Below, in pieces: positions 1 to 10,441 of a stretch of DNA of 64,000 bases. The notes beneath the pieces were generated by a model. It worked only from the letters and a program-made list of their open reading frames with translations, ran no database searches and was not told where the DNA came from. Origin of the DNA: Myxococcales bacterium (GTDB taxonomy: Bacteria; Myxococcota_A; Polyangia; Polyangiales; DASUME01); assembly GCA_047601445.1 (NCBI GenBank), contig JASGJH010000001.1, positions 4,832,001 through 4,896,000 of the forward strand. The letters are read 5' to 3'. The position numbers were made by a program, and so were the translations under genes. Position 1 is the stretch's first letter. Each line of letters opens with the position of its first letter.

Positions 1-2
1 AG

Positions 3-107
3 GTCGACGTGCTCGAGTTCAACGTCGATGACAAGGGCGGGGCAATCCTGATCAAAGGCACCATCCAGGCAGACGAAGGCAAGCTGGAGTGGCAGCAACG
101 GCTATGA
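3..107 (+). CDS. 3' end of an upstream CDS (partial), unknown product
   Basis: Open frame VDVLEFNVDDKGGAILIKGTIQADEGKLEWQQRL ending in TGA at 105-107, with GC3-rich codons. Confidence 0.55.
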   Translation, partial: VDVLEFNVDDKGGAILIKGTIQADEGKLEWQQRL

Positions 108-143
108 TGTTGTGAGTCCATCGCGGCTGACGTTTCGACGGAG

Positions 144-1256
144 GTGTGCGTGCGCGTGCAGAGGAGCTGGGTGTCCCTTGGGCTGTGCCTGCTCCTTTGG
201 GGATGTCAGGACGAGGAACCACCGAAGCCGCCCCGCAAGCTGACGCAGGGCGCCGTGACCCTCAGCGGTGCCAGCCTGGACTACGTGCGCGTGGAACCGG
301 TGGCCAAGCCCAGCGCCACCGTACAGCGCCCGCTGCTGTCGCGCGTGAGCTTCGACGAGCAGCGCGTGGCGGTACTGGGCGCCCCGGTCAGCGGTCGCGT
401 CGCAGCGGTGCACGTAGTCACCGGGAGTGTGGTCAAGCCAGGCGATGCGCTGTTGACCATTCACTCGGGCGACGTGGCCGCCGTGCGTTCGCAACTCGCG
501 CAGGCCAAAGAGGCCCGGGCCCTGGCCGAGCAGCGCGCGGCACGCGCCAGCCTCTTGGTCACCCAGGGCGCCGGCAGTGAGGCGGAGAGCCAGGAGGCCA
601 ACACCGCGCTCGCCTCGGCACGCACCGAAGAGCAACGCGCAAACGCGGCGCTGGGAGCTCTGGGTGGCGCCACCAGCTCGGCCACGGACTACGTGTTGAA
701 GTCGCCCATCGCGGGCACGGTGGTGGAGCGCAACGTCGAGGTGGGCAATGCCGTGGGCGCCGATCAGGGACAACCGCTCATCACGGTGGCCGACCTGGCC
801 AACGTGTGGATCGTGGCAGACCTCTACGAGCAGGATTTGCCCTACGTACGCACCGGACAGCCGGCCCACGTGACCATCCCTGCGCTCGGTGGCCGCAAGT
901 ACGAAGGCAAGGTCTCCTACGTGGGCAACGTCGTGGACGCCAACACGCGCACGACGCGGGCGCGCGTGGAGCTCAAGAACGGGGACGGGGCGCTGCGTCC
1001 CGGGATGTTCGCGGACATGGTGGTGGAGGCTCCCGAATCCGCCAGCGGCGTGGTGCCCACGAGCGCGCTGCTGGCGCGTCGCGACGAGACATTCGTATTC
1101 GTGGAGACCAAGCCCGGACATTTCGAGCAACGCAAGGTGCGCGCGGGCGCCCAGACCGGCGATTACGTGGTGCTGCTCTCGGGGGTGCAACCCGGGGAAC
1201 GCGTGGTCACGCGCGGGGCCATCTTGCTCGACGCCGAAGCCAACGCTGCGTTCTAG
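144..1256 (+). CDS. RND efflux periplasmic adaptor subunit (CzcB/CusB-like), probable lipoprotein
   Basis: Lipobox-like LWGC, lipoyl-like half motifs (APVSGRV, SPIAGTVV), 'LRPGMF' and 'GERVVTRGA'. Start codon uncertain. Confidence 0.9.
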   Translation: MCVRVQRSWVSLGLCLLLWGCQDEEPPKPPRKLTQGAVTLSGASLDYVRVEPVAKPSATVQRPLLSRVSFDEQRVAVLGAPVSGRVAAVHVVTGSVVKPGDALLTIHSGDVAAVRSQLAQAKEARALAEQRAARASLLVTQGAGSEAESQEANTALASARTEEQRANAALGALGGATSSATDYVLKSPIAGTVVERNVEVGNAVGADQGQPLITVADLANVWIVADLYEQDLPYVRTGQPAHVTIPALGGRKYEGKVSYVGNVVDANTRTTRARVELKNGDGALRPGMFADMVVEAPESASGVVPTSALLARRDETFVFVETKPGHFEQRKVRAGAQTGDYVVLLSGVQPGERVVTRGAILLDAEANAAF

Positions 1257-1263
1257 GAGAAAC

Positions 1264-2586
1264 ATGGTGGGACGTCGTGCTTCGATGTTCGGCTGCTCTA
1301 TCTCGCGCTGCGCGTTGGCGTTGACGATGGCGTGGGGCGGATTCGCGCGCGCAGGGGCTCAACCGCTGGTGCCACCGATGCCGCCCGCGAACACCGAGGT
1401 CGGCGACACTCCGCGCTTTTCCCTCGGCGACGCGCTGCGCTTGATGCGCGTGAGCCACCCGGCCATCCGTTCGCGGGAGAATGAGATCGCGGCGCGCCGC
1501 GGCGACGCCAAGGACGCCGGCCTGTGGACCAACCCGGTCACGCACGGCACCTATCTCAAGGGCATCGTGCACTCCTCCTACGACCCGCTCGGCTACCTCT
1601 ACTACGACGTGACGCAGTTCGTGGAGCTGTCCAACGTACCCGGCGAGCGGCGTCGCCAGAGTAACCTCTTGGTCGCGGCCTCGCGCGCCGATCGCGAAGG
1701 CGTGGTCGCCCAGCTGAGCCTCGACGTGGAGTCCGCGCTCATCGACCTGGTGGCGGCGCATCGCACGCAGGAGCTGCTCACTGGCGTGCTCACGCTGCTC
1801 GATTCAGCCGGCCGTATCGTCAACGAGCGCGTGGCGGCGGGCGCGGCACCTCGCTACGACGCCACCCGCATCGCGGTCACCCTCGCCATCGCTCACGCCG
1901 ACCAGGCCGAGAGCGGGGCAGCGCTGACCCGCGCCTGGGCCGAATTCCGAGCTGCGGTGGGCCCGCGCGCCCGGGAGCTGCAGGGCGATCCAGACTACGA
2001 CCTGAACGTGGAAGTCGCTCTGCCGGACGTGCCGTCTCTCCTCCAGCACATGCAGGCGCGGCGCCCCGATGTGGCCGCCGCACGCGCGCGCGAGGCCGCC
2101 GCCAAGACTGGCATCGGCGTGGCTCAGCGCTCGGTGTTCCCCGGACTCGAGGTGGGTCTCGCGGGCGGCTACGGTGCGGCCTCGAAGCAGGTGGACTTCG
2201 GCGCTCTCGTCTCACTGCCCTTGCCCGTCGTCAATGTCGGACAAGGCGCGATTCCGGCCGCCAAGGCGCGCGCTCGGGAGGCTGCGGCGGACGTCGACGC
2301 CATCGTGGTGCCAGCCAGCGAGCGAATCGATGGCATCCAGCACGAGGTGCTGCGACGCCGGCAAGCGCTCAAGGAGTACCAGGCACGCGGTGTGGCGTCG
2401 AACGAGGAGATGCTCAACGAAGCCCAGGCTGGCTACGTGGCGGGCCGCTTCAGCATCCTCGAACTCGCCGATGCCTACCGCGCATTTCGCGACGCGCGCT
2501 TGCGCGAAATCGCCCTCGGTCAATCTGCGCGCCAGTCCGAGATCGATCTGGGCAGGGAGCTCGGTCGCCCGTTGCGCGAGTTCTAG
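1264..2586 (+). CDS. TolC/CzcC-family outer membrane efflux protein
   Basis: AGGAGA RBS then ATG at 1264, signal peptide, 'RRPDVAAA' and 'YVAGRFSILELADA' OEP motifs; directly follows the adaptor gene. Confidence 0.85.
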   Translation: MVGRRASMFGCSISRCALALTMAWGGFARAGAQPLVPPMPPANTEVGDTPRFSLGDALRLMRVSHPAIRSRENEIAARRGDAKDAGLWTNPVTHGTYLKGIVHSSYDPLGYLYYDVTQFVELSNVPGERRRQSNLLVAASRADREGVVAQLSLDVESALIDLVAAHRTQELLTGVLTLLDSAGRIVNERVAAGAAPRYDATRIAVTLAIAHADQAESGAALTRAWAEFRAAVGPRARELQGDPDYDLNVEVALPDVPSLLQHMQARRPDVAAARAREAAAKTGIGVAQRSVFPGLEVGLAGGYGAASKQVDFGALVSLPLPVVNVGQGAIPAAKARAREAAADVDAIVVPASERIDGIQHEVLRRRQALKEYQARGVASNEEMLNEAQAGYVAGRFSILELADAYRAFRDARLREIALGQSARQSEIDLGRELGRPLREF

Positions 2587-2650
2587 CCAGCCCTTGAGAC
2601 GCCCACGCGTGGTGTCCCTGAGCCCCGCTTGATCGCTCGCCAACCCCCGC

Positions 2651-5600
2651 TCACCACGACGACCCCTCGCGCAGAGCCGCCGCGTCGGGACCGTCGTCGT
2701 GCGGCGGCACCACGCCGGGTGCCTTGGGCGCGAATACCTTGTAGAGGAGCGGCAAGCTGAACAGCGAGAGCGCGAGCGAAGAGATCAGCCCGCCCACCAC
2801 CACGATGGCGATCGGCTTCTGTGAGTCCGAGCCGATGCCGTGGCTGAGCGCGGCCGGCAAGAGACCCAGCGTGGCCACCAACGCGGTCATCATCATGGGC
2901 CGCAGCCGCAGGTCCACGCCCTGCTCGATGGCCTGGTCTACGCTCATGCCCTCGGCGCGCAGCTCGTTGATGTACGAGATCAAGATCACGCCGGTCTGCA
3001 CCGAGACGCCGAACAGCGCCAAGAAGCCCACGCCAGCCGAGACCGAGAAGTTGGTACCGGTGAGCAATAGCGCAGCCAATCCCCCCACCGGAGACGTCAC
3101 GAGCACGTTGCCTAGGATCAGCGCGGCCTCGTGGGCACGCCGAAACATCACGAACAACAGCATGAAGATCAACACGACGGTCAGGGGAATCACGATGGAC
3201 AGACGCCTGCCCGCGCGCTGCGCGCTCTCGAACTCACCGCCCCACACGATCTCGTAGCCCGGCGGCTCGGTGACCGCGCGGGCCACCTTCTTCTGCGCGT
3301 CGGCCACCGTGGAGCCCAGGTCTCGCCCGCGTACGCTGAACTTGATGGCCACGTAGCGCCGGCCGTTCTCGCGGTAGATGCGCGACGCACCGCCGCGGAT
3401 CTTGAGCTTGGCCACCTCGGCCAGGGGCACCACGTTGCCGTCGCCTGTAGGCACGGGCAAGCGCGCGATGGTGCCCGTCCGATCGCGGCTGTCCTCGCGG
3501 AAGCGCACCACCAGATCGTGCAGTCGCTCGCCCTCGACGATCTGCGACACCACGCGACCTCCGACGCCGGCCTCCACGATCTCCTCCACGTCTTCCACCG
3601 ACAGCCCGAGTCGCTCGGCGCGCTTGCGGTCGACCTCCACGTGCAGGTTGCTCTTGCCGAGCTCGCGGAAGATGCCTAGGTCCTTCACGCCGCGCACGGT
3701 GGCGATCTCGTGGGCCACGCGACTCGCGAGGTCGTCGAGCGCGTTCAGGTCGTCTCCGACGATCTTGATCGCGAGCTGGCCTTTGACGCCAGTGAGGGCC
3801 TCTTCCACGTTGTCCGAGATGGGCTGCGAGAAGCCGAAGGACACACCGGGGACCACGGCGAGGGACTTGCTCATGGCTTCCTCGAGCTTCTCGCGGTCGC
3901 CATGAAACTGCGGGCGCCATGTCTTGCGATCGTTGATCTGCAGCAGAAATTCGGCGTTGTAGAAGCCGGTGGGATCGGTGCCGTCGTCGGGCCGTCCGAG
4001 CTGCACGGCCATGGTGCCCACTTCGGGGAAGCCACGCAGGATCTCACGGATGCCTCGGACTCGCTTGCCGTCCTCCTCGTAGCCGTCCACCATGCGCTCG
4101 GCTTCACCGAGCGAGATGTTGCCTGGCATGGAGGCGCGCACCCAGAAGGCTCCCTCGTTGAGGTGCGGCAAGAACTCCGAGCCGATGGCATGGTAGAGCA
4201 GCACGTTGGTCACCAGCAGCACGACCGCCGCCACCAGCACCACGCGCGGACGCTTGAGCAGGCGTTCCACGAGCGGTAGATAGATCTTGCGAACCCAGTG
4301 CAAGAGCGGGTTCTCCCACTCCTTGAGGTTCTTCTTGAGCAGATAGGTGGACAGCACGGGCACCAACGTGACCGCCAGGATCAACGCGCCCAGCAGCGCG
4401 AAGCCCACCGTGAATGCCATCGGCCGAAAGAGCCGCCCTTCCACGCGCTGCAGCGTGAAAATGGGCATATACGAGGCCACGATGATCGCGATGGCAAACA
4501 CGATGGGTCGCGCCACCTGGTGCGCGGCGCTGCGCACGAGCTGCACCAGATCGAAACGCTCGCCGCTGTGATGCTTCTCGGCCACCAGGCGGAAGATGTT
4601 CTCCACCATCACGATGGAACCATCCACGATCATGCCGAAGTCCACGGCGCCGATGCTCAGCAGGTTGGCCGGGATCTTCAGGACCTCCATGCCCACGAAC
4701 GCGCTCAGTAGCGAGAGCGGGATGGTAATGGCCACGATCAGGGCCGCGCGCGGACTGCCGAGAAAAACGAACAGGATCAGCGTCACGAGCAAGATGCCCG
4801 CCGTCAAGTTCTCCAGCACCGTGTGCGTGGTGAGCTCCATGAGGTGCGAGCGGTCGTAGTAGGGATGGACCTTCACGCCGCGCGGCAAGATGCGGTTGTT
4901 GAGGTCCGCCACGCGCTCGTGCACACGTTCCAGCACAGCCTGCGCGTCGTCTCCACGGCGCAAGAGCACCACCGCTGCGACCACGTCTTTGTCGTCGTTC
5001 ACCGAGACGCGCCCGAGACGCGGCCGATAGCCGGTCTCGACCGTGGCCACGTCGCGCACACGCACCGGCACGCCCTCGCGGGTGGCGATGGCGACGTCCG
5101 CGATTTGGTCGGGCGTCAACAGGCCGATGGCGCGCACGTTGAGTGCCTCGGGACCGAGATCGATGATGCCACCGCCGCCGTTCTTGTTGGCAGACTGCAG
5201 CGCGCCTTCCACGTCTTCCAACGCCAGGGCGCGCGCCGTGAGCAGCATGGGATGCACCCGCACCTGGTGCTGCTTGGTGGTGCCCCCGAAGCTCGCCACA
5301 GCGGCCACGCCGTCGGCGCGCAGGAGCTCGCGCTCCACCGTCCACTCCTCGTAGTCTTTCAGTTCGGACAGCGAGCGGGCCTCGGCCTTCTTGTCCTCTT
5401 CGCTGCACTCGGGCTCGGGCCGGGTCGCGCAGCTGATCAGCTGATAGCGCATGATCTCGGCGATGGGACTCGCGAGCGGCCCGAGCGTGGGCTCCGCGCC
5501 CTCGGGCAAGTTGAGCAGGGACATGCGCTCGAGGGCCTGTTGGCGCGCGAAGTAGTCCTGCGTGCCCTCGGCGAAGGTCACCGTCACCACCGACAAGCCT

Positions 5601-5863
5601 GCGATGGAGACCGAGCGCACGGAGGTCTGATGGGGCGCCGAGTTCATCACGCGCTCGATGGGCAGCGTGATCTGTCGCTCGATCTCCTCGGTGCCCTGGC
5701 CGATCCACTGCGTGATGACCTGGACCATGGTGTCGCCCACGTCGGGATACGCCTCGATCGGCACCGAGAGATAGGCATGGATGCCCACGCCGATCAGCGC
5801 CAGGGAGGCGGCCAGGATCACCAGACGCTGACGCAGCGCGAAATCGACGACACGTTGGATCAT
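2651..5863 (-). CDS. CusA/CzcA-family heavy-metal efflux RND permease
   Basis: 1070 aa; 'PIEAYPDV', 'GAVDFGMIVDG', 'EGRLFRPMA' and 'RLRPMMMTA' HME-RND motifs. Confidence 0.95.
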   Translation of the reverse strand: MIQRVVDFALRQRLVILAASLALIGVGIHAYLSVPIEAYPDVGDTMVQVITQWIGQGTEEIERQITLPIERVMNSAPHQTSVRSVSIAGLSVVTVTFAEGTQDYFARQQALERMSLLNLPEGAEPTLGPLASPIAEIMRYQLISCATRPEPECSEEDKKAEARSLSELKDYEEWTVERELLRADGVAAVASFGGTTKQHQVRVHPMLLTARALALEDVEGALQSANKNGGGGIIDLGPEALNVRAIGLLTPDQIADVAIATREGVPVRVRDVATVETGYRPRLGRVSVNDDKDVVAAVVLLRRGDDAQAVLERVHERVADLNNRILPRGVKVHPYYDRSHLMELTTHTVLENLTAGILLVTLILFVFLGSPRAALIVAITIPLSLLSAFVGMEVLKIPANLLSIGAVDFGMIVDGSIVMVENIFRLVAEKHHSGERFDLVQLVRSAAHQVARPIVFAIAIIVASYMPIFTLQRVEGRLFRPMAFTVGFALLGALILAVTLVPVLSTYLLKKNLKEWENPLLHWVRKIYLPLVERLLKRPRVVLVAAVVLLVTNVLLYHAIGSEFLPHLNEGAFWVRASMPGNISLGEAERMVDGYEEDGKRVRGIREILRGFPEVGTMAVQLGRPDDGTDPTGFYNAEFLLQINDRKTWRPQFHGDREKLEEAMSKSLAVVPGVSFGFSQPISDNVEEALTGVKGQLAIKIVGDDLNALDDLASRVAHEIATVRGVKDLGIFRELGKSNLHVEVDRKRAERLGLSVEDVEEIVEAGVGGRVVSQIVEGERLHDLVVRFREDSRDRTGTIARLPVPTGDGNVVPLAEVAKLKIRGGASRIYRENGRRYVAIKFSVRGRDLGSTVADAQKKVARAVTEPPGYEIVWGGEFESAQRAGRRLSIVIPLTVVLIFMLLFVMFRRAHEAALILGNVLVTSPVGGLAALLLTGTNFSVSAGVGFLALFGVSVQTGVILISYINELRAEGMSVDQAIEQGVDLRLRPMMMTALVATLGLLPAALSHGIGSDSQKPIAIVVVGGLISSLALSLFSLPLLYKVFAPKAPGVVPPHDDGPDAAALREGSSW

Positions 5864-5986
5864 GCCAGCGGGGCCACCTGACGCCTCCTTGGAGAAGTAT
5901 CACGAACCCACGCCGATGCCTCTTCGATTGTCGACATCCCGCCTGGCCGCGCCACACTGACGCCTCAGATTGGAGACACCCGCGCG

Positions 5987-7174
5987 ATGACCGATCGGAA
6001 ATACGACGTCGTGTTGTTCGGAGCTACCGGGTTCACGGGCGGGCTGACCGCGGAGTACCTCGCCCGTGTTCAAGCTGCGACGCCGTTCAGCTGGGCCATC
6101 GCCGGCAGAAACCGCCAAAAACTCGAAGAAGTGCAGGCACGGGTGCACGCCCTGGGCGCTCGGGTGGACCTGCTCGGTGCGGACTCGGGGGACGAGGCTT
6201 CGCTCCGGTCCATGGCGCGCACGACGCGCGTCGTCATCACCACCGTGGGGCCCTACATCCGCTACGGCGAGCCCCTGGTCCAGGCCTGCATCGAGGAGGC
6301 CACCGACTATGTGGACCTCACGGGCGAGCCTATGTTCGTGGATCGCATGCTCGCGCGCCACCACGCCCGCGCAGAGGCCCGCCGCGTGAAGATCGTGAAC
6401 ACCTGCGGCTTCGACTCCATCCCGCACGACTTGGGCGCGTATTTCGCAGTCCATGCCCTGCGCAAGAAGCTCGGCTCGCTCGCGCAGCGGGACGTCGAGG
6501 TGACCGGTCTCGTGCGCGCAAGCGGCAGCTTCTCGGGCGGCACCTGGCACTCCGCCATCAACGCCATGGCGAACGCCCGCGAGCACGCCAGGTTGCGCGC
6601 CTCCGGCGTCGACGCGCGCCCCCAAGTCGGAGCCGATCGCTCCGTTTCCCAGTTGCCTCCGCGAGTGCACTACGAGAAGCAGGTCGCGGCCTGGGCTGTC
6701 CCCTTACCCACCATCGATCCCGAGGTCGTGTGTCGCTCGGCGCGGCTCTACCCGGAGTACGGCAAGCGCTTTCGCTACGGGCACTTCCTCGCGCTCCCGC
6801 ACCTGCCCGCCGTGGCCATGACGGCGCTCGGAGCGGGCACGGTGTTCAGCCTGGCCCAGCTCTCGCTCACGCGCTCGTTGCTGCTCAAGATCAAGGACCC
6901 CGGCGAAGGTCCGAGCGAGCAGACTCGCGCACAGGGTTGGTTCGAAGTCACGCTGTTGGCGAGCGCCGACTCCACCCAGGTGGTTTGCAAAGTCACCGGA
7001 GGAGACCCGGGCTACGGAGACACCGCCAAGATGTTGGCCGAGTCGGCGCTATGTCTGGCTTTGAAGCGGCAGGCTCTGCCCGAGCACTATGGTGTGGTCC
7101 CGCCGGCTGCTGCCATGGGAGACGTGCTGATCGAGCGATTGCGCGCGTCGGGTATGGGCTTCGAGCAGGTCTAG
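5987..7174 (+). CDS. Saccharopine dehydrogenase-like oxidoreductase (trans-acting enoyl reductase family)
   Basis: GATGFTG Rossmann motif, 'VGPY', 'YVDLTGE', 'CGFDSIPHD', 'GDPGYGDTA'. Confidence 0.9.
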   Translation: MTDRKYDVVLFGATGFTGGLTAEYLARVQAATPFSWAIAGRNRQKLEEVQARVHALGARVDLLGADSGDEASLRSMARTTRVVITTVGPYIRYGEPLVQACIEEATDYVDLTGEPMFVDRMLARHHARAEARRVKIVNTCGFDSIPHDLGAYFAVHALRKKLGSLAQRDVEVTGLVRASGSFSGGTWHSAINAMANAREHARLRASGVDARPQVGADRSVSQLPPRVHYEKQVAAWAVPLPTIDPEVVCRSARLYPEYGKRFRYGHFLALPHLPAVAMTALGAGTVFSLAQLSLTRSLLLKIKDPGEGPSEQTRAQGWFEVTLLASADSTQVVCKVTGGDPGYGDTAKMLAESALCLALKRQALPEHYGVVPPAAAMGDVLIERLRASGMGFEQV

Positions 7175-10100
7175 CGAGTCCGGCGTGAGCGCGCCCGCCG
7201 TCTCCAGAGCGTGAGTCCGAGCAGGCCCAGGCAGGCCTCGAGCAGCCCAGGAGCTGTCCCGCGCGCCTGCAGCGCACAGGCACCTCCGCCCACCAGCCCC
7301 ACGTGCTTGGGCGGTCCGTCGAGGTCAGGTTCCTCGCCAGCGTCTGCACCGCCCGCATCGCGCATGCCCGGCTGATCTTTGCCAGCGTCTGATTCACCGC
7401 TCAGGCCAGCGTCGTGCACTCCGCTGTCCGGCGTGCTCGCATCGGTCCCCGCGTCCGACCCGCCCGCGTCGCTCCCCGCATCCACCGTGGTGCCAGCGTC
7501 GGCCCCCGCATCGGCTCCCCCCGCGTCCACGTGCGTGGGTTCGTTCGGATCCGCGTAGTCCGGCACGTGATCTTGATCCGAGTCTTCACAGGGGAAATGC
7601 GCCGCGCACTCCACGCTGTCGTCGAGGCCGTCGTGATCACTATCTCCTGCTCCAGGGCCCTGGTCGTCGGCGTCCCACGGATCGGGGATGGTGTCGCCAT
7701 CGCTATCCGGGCAGGCACCGTTCGGACATTCTTCTCCGTCTTCGGCGCCATCATCGTCGGCGTCGGCGTCGTCCTGATCGGGGTCCCCATCGCCGTCGGA
7801 GTCGCGCAGGTCGTGCTCGACGTAGTCAGGCAAGCCGTCCTTGTCCGTGTCGGCGCAGGCGCTCGGGTCGGCGCACTCCACGCCATCGAGCTTCCCATCA
7901 CCGTCCGAATCGGTGTCCTTGTAGTCCGGCTTGCCGTCGTGGTCCGAGTCGGTGCAGTGGCTCGGCGTGTGGCACTCGAGCCCGTTGGGTAGCCCGTCAC
8001 CATCGGCGTCCTTGAGGGAACACAGCGGATTCTGCGGGTCGCCGTCCTCATCGATGCTGCCGTCGCAGTCGCTGTCGATCTGGTCGCAGCTCGCGTCCGA
8101 CTGGCCAGGGTGCACCTGCGAGAGCAGGTCGTTGCAGTCCGTCGTCGGATCGCTCGCGAGCCCTTCGAAGGCATCGCGACAGTCGACGTCGTTCGACACC
8201 CGTGTATCGCCGCTTGCATCCAGGTAGCCGTCATCGTCGTCGTCGTCGAAGCAGAGCTCCTTGCCGTCACAGTTCTCGTCGATCTCGTCGCCCACCACCT
8301 CGACCGCCCCGGGGTAGCGAGCCGCCGAGCTGTCGTCGCAGTCCGTGGTCGGGTCCTTGCGCGTGCCCTCGAAGGCATCGTCGCAATCGAGGTCGTCCGA
8401 CAGCCGCGTGTCGCGCGTGGTGTCGAGGAAACCGTCATCGTCGTCGTCGTCGAAGCAGAGCTCTTTTCCGTCGCAGTTCTGATCGATGTGATCGTCCACG
8501 ATCTCACTGGCGCCGTGGCGAATGCCTGGCTCGAAGCGCTCGCAGTCGGTGCCATCGAGATCGCCGTCGTTGTCGGAGTCTGGATCGCGATAGTCCGGCA
8601 GCGCATCCGTGTCGCTGTTTTCGCAGGGCGACTGGGTGCACTCGTCGAAGTCCGCGAGGCCGTCGGCATCCGAGTCGGTGTCGAGGTAGTCGGGCACTCC
8701 GTCGCTATCGCTGTTCGGGCAATTGCGGGCGCCCGGGCATTCCACTCCGTTCGGGATGCCGTCGCCGTCGTTGTCGCCGCTGGCGCACGCGAGCACGTTG
8801 GTGGCTGGCGAGCAGGGATTGCTCGGCTGCGCGTCGCTTTGGTCGGCGCTGCCGTCGCCATCGTCGTCGGAGTCTCCGACGTCGCACACGCCGTCGCCGT
8901 CGCTGTCCGAACCGTCGTTGTTGGGCGAACCGCCGTTGCACTCGCTGCACGTATCGCGATCCGCGTCGCAGCCCTCGTTGATGCCGCCGGATCCGGTCCC
9001 GCCGAAAGGCGGGAAGGTGTAGCCGCTGGCCGCTTGGCCGCCCAACACGGAGACTGAACAAGCCCCGCTGTTGCTCGCGCCGAGCGCCACGCGCCCACCG
9101 CCACCGCCCGCGCCGCCGCCGTGGCTTTGACTGCCGCTTCCGCTGCCGCCCTGGGCCCGCAGCGCACCACACGCTGCGCTGCCGCTGACGCCCACGAGGA
9201 TCGAGCCCCCCGCGCCGCCTCCACCACCTCCATCGGCTCCCACCACGCCGCCTGGATCACCATTGGCGCGCAGCGTACCGCTCCCCACCAGGCTTGCCGC
9301 GCGCAGCCAGATGATGCCGCCGCCGGCTCCGCCCGCCGCGCCCGAGGCGCTGTTCTGTTGGCCACCGCCGCCGCCGCCGCCGAAGGTCAGCGAGTCTGCG
9401 AGCGAGCCCACCAGGCGTGCTCCACCGTAACCTCCCGCACGCGCGCCGGTGCACACCGCGTTACCGCCCGCGCCACCGTAGCCGCCGTTGCCACCGCCGG
9501 CTCCGCCGCCGTTCAGGATGCCGCCGCCACCGCCGCCGTTGGCTCGATTGCCCGCGCCACACCCTCCTGCATTGTTGGCGTCGATGCTCTCGCCACGGCG
9601 CCCGAGGCCCTGAGAGCACGGCACGTCGAAGGTCGTGTTGACGGGTGTCGTGTTGCAGTTGCAGGCCACGCAGGAGTTGTTGGACGTGGCGCCGCCACGA
9701 AAGCCCCGACCGTCCACATTGAGCAGTCCGTCGACCGACACGCTGCCCTGCGCGAGAAACGCCAGCACACCGCCCGTGGATCCGTTCCAATTCTGTGCCG
9801 AAAGCGAGCGCACGCTGGGTGTCGCCGCCACGGTCACCGTGGTGTACTCGGGAATCCAAACCACCTGGCCGCCGCTGGCGTTGAACGCCTGCTTCAAGCC
9901 GTGGTCGATATCGATGGCGTTCCCGGTGATGTTGGTGATGCGCGCCAGCTCGTAGTGTCCCGCACCGTTCGAACCCAAGGCGATGTTCATGGTGTCGCCA
10001 GCCGCGTAGCTGCCCGCCTTGGTCTGGTGCAGCATCACCAGGTCGCCGATCGCGAAGCCATTCGCGTTCGCGAGCCGGATGTTCGTGGCCCCCGCCGCCA

Positions 10101-10305
10101 CCGACGCGCTCAACGTGGTGTAGCGATTGATCACGACGTTGCTGCCCGCCACCGTGAGCGAGCCGTTCTTTCCCGTGCCGAGCCCATAGCTGTCGGGGAG
10201 AGCATGCGCAGGCAGCGCGAGGCTCCATGCGAGCGAGCACAGCGCAAACACGTGGCACAGAACCCGCGCGCGCAAGGCGAGCGAGTGGTGGAGCGAGCTA
10301 CACAT
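7171..10305 (-). CDS. Large cell-surface protein: AgmC-like N-terminus, Gly-rich region, Asp/Cys-rich Ca-binding repeats, MYXO-CTERM-like tail
   Basis: Signal peptide ending AHA, 'DSYGLGTGKNGSLTV', GGxGG tracts, DxDxDGxPD and DCDD..PG..E..D.IDxxCDG repeats, C-terminal GGGAC plus TM plus RRR. Confidence 0.85.
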   Translation of the reverse strand: MCSSLHHSLALRARVLCHVFALCSLAWSLALPAHALPDSYGLGTGKNGSLTVAGSNVVINRYTTLSASVAAGATNIRLANANGFAIGDLVMLHQTKAGSYAAGDTMNIALGSNGAGHYELARITNITGNAIDIDHGLKQAFNASGGQVVWIPEYTTVTVAATPSVRSLSAQNWNGSTGGVLAFLAQGSVSVDGLLNVDGRGFRGGATSNNSCVACNCNTTPVNTTFDVPCSQGLGRRGESIDANNAGGCGAGNRANGGGGGGILNGGGAGGGNGGYGGAGGNAVCTGARAGGYGGARLVGSLADSLTFGGGGGGGQQNSASGAAGGAGGGIIWLRAASLVGSGTLRANGDPGGVVGADGGGGGGAGGSILVGVSGSAACGALRAQGGSGSGSQSHGGGAGGGGGRVALGASNSGACSVSVLGGQAASGYTFPPFGGTGSGGINEGCDADRDTCSECNGGSPNNDGSDSDGDGVCDVGDSDDDGDGSADQSDAQPSNPCSPATNVLACASGDNDGDGIPNGVECPGARNCPNSDSDGVPDYLDTDSDADGLADFDECTQSPCENSDTDALPDYRDPDSDNDGDLDGTDCERFEPGIRHGASEIVDDHIDQNCDGKELCFDDDDDDGFLDTTRDTRLSDDLDCDDAFEGTRKDPTTDCDDSSAARYPGAVEVVGDEIDENCDGKELCFDDDDDDGYLDASGDTRVSNDVDCRDAFEGLASDPTTDCNDLLSQVHPGQSDASCDQIDSDCDGSIDEDGDPQNPLCSLKDADGDGLPNGLECHTPSHCTDSDHDGKPDYKDTDSDGDGKLDGVECADPSACADTDKDGLPDYVEHDLRDSDGDGDPDQDDADADDDGAEDGEECPNGACPDSDGDTIPDPWDADDQGPGAGDSDHDGLDDSVECAAHFPCEDSDQDHVPDYADPNEPTHVDAGGADAGADAGTTVDAGSDAGGSDAGTDASTPDSGVHDAGLSGESDAGKDQPGMRDAGGADAGEEPDLDGPPKHVGLVGGGACALQARGTAPGLLEACLGLLGLTLWRRRARSRRTR

Positions 10306-10441
10306 ACGGATGGGCGCCTCGAACTGGCTCCGCCGCGGGCCCAGAGCGCGCTAGACGCGGGAGGGAGCCGACTCAAATCGTAACGGGACGCCCGAAAGAT
10401 GGGAAAGAAAAGCCCGATCGAAGCCTGGCCTTGGTCGCTGG

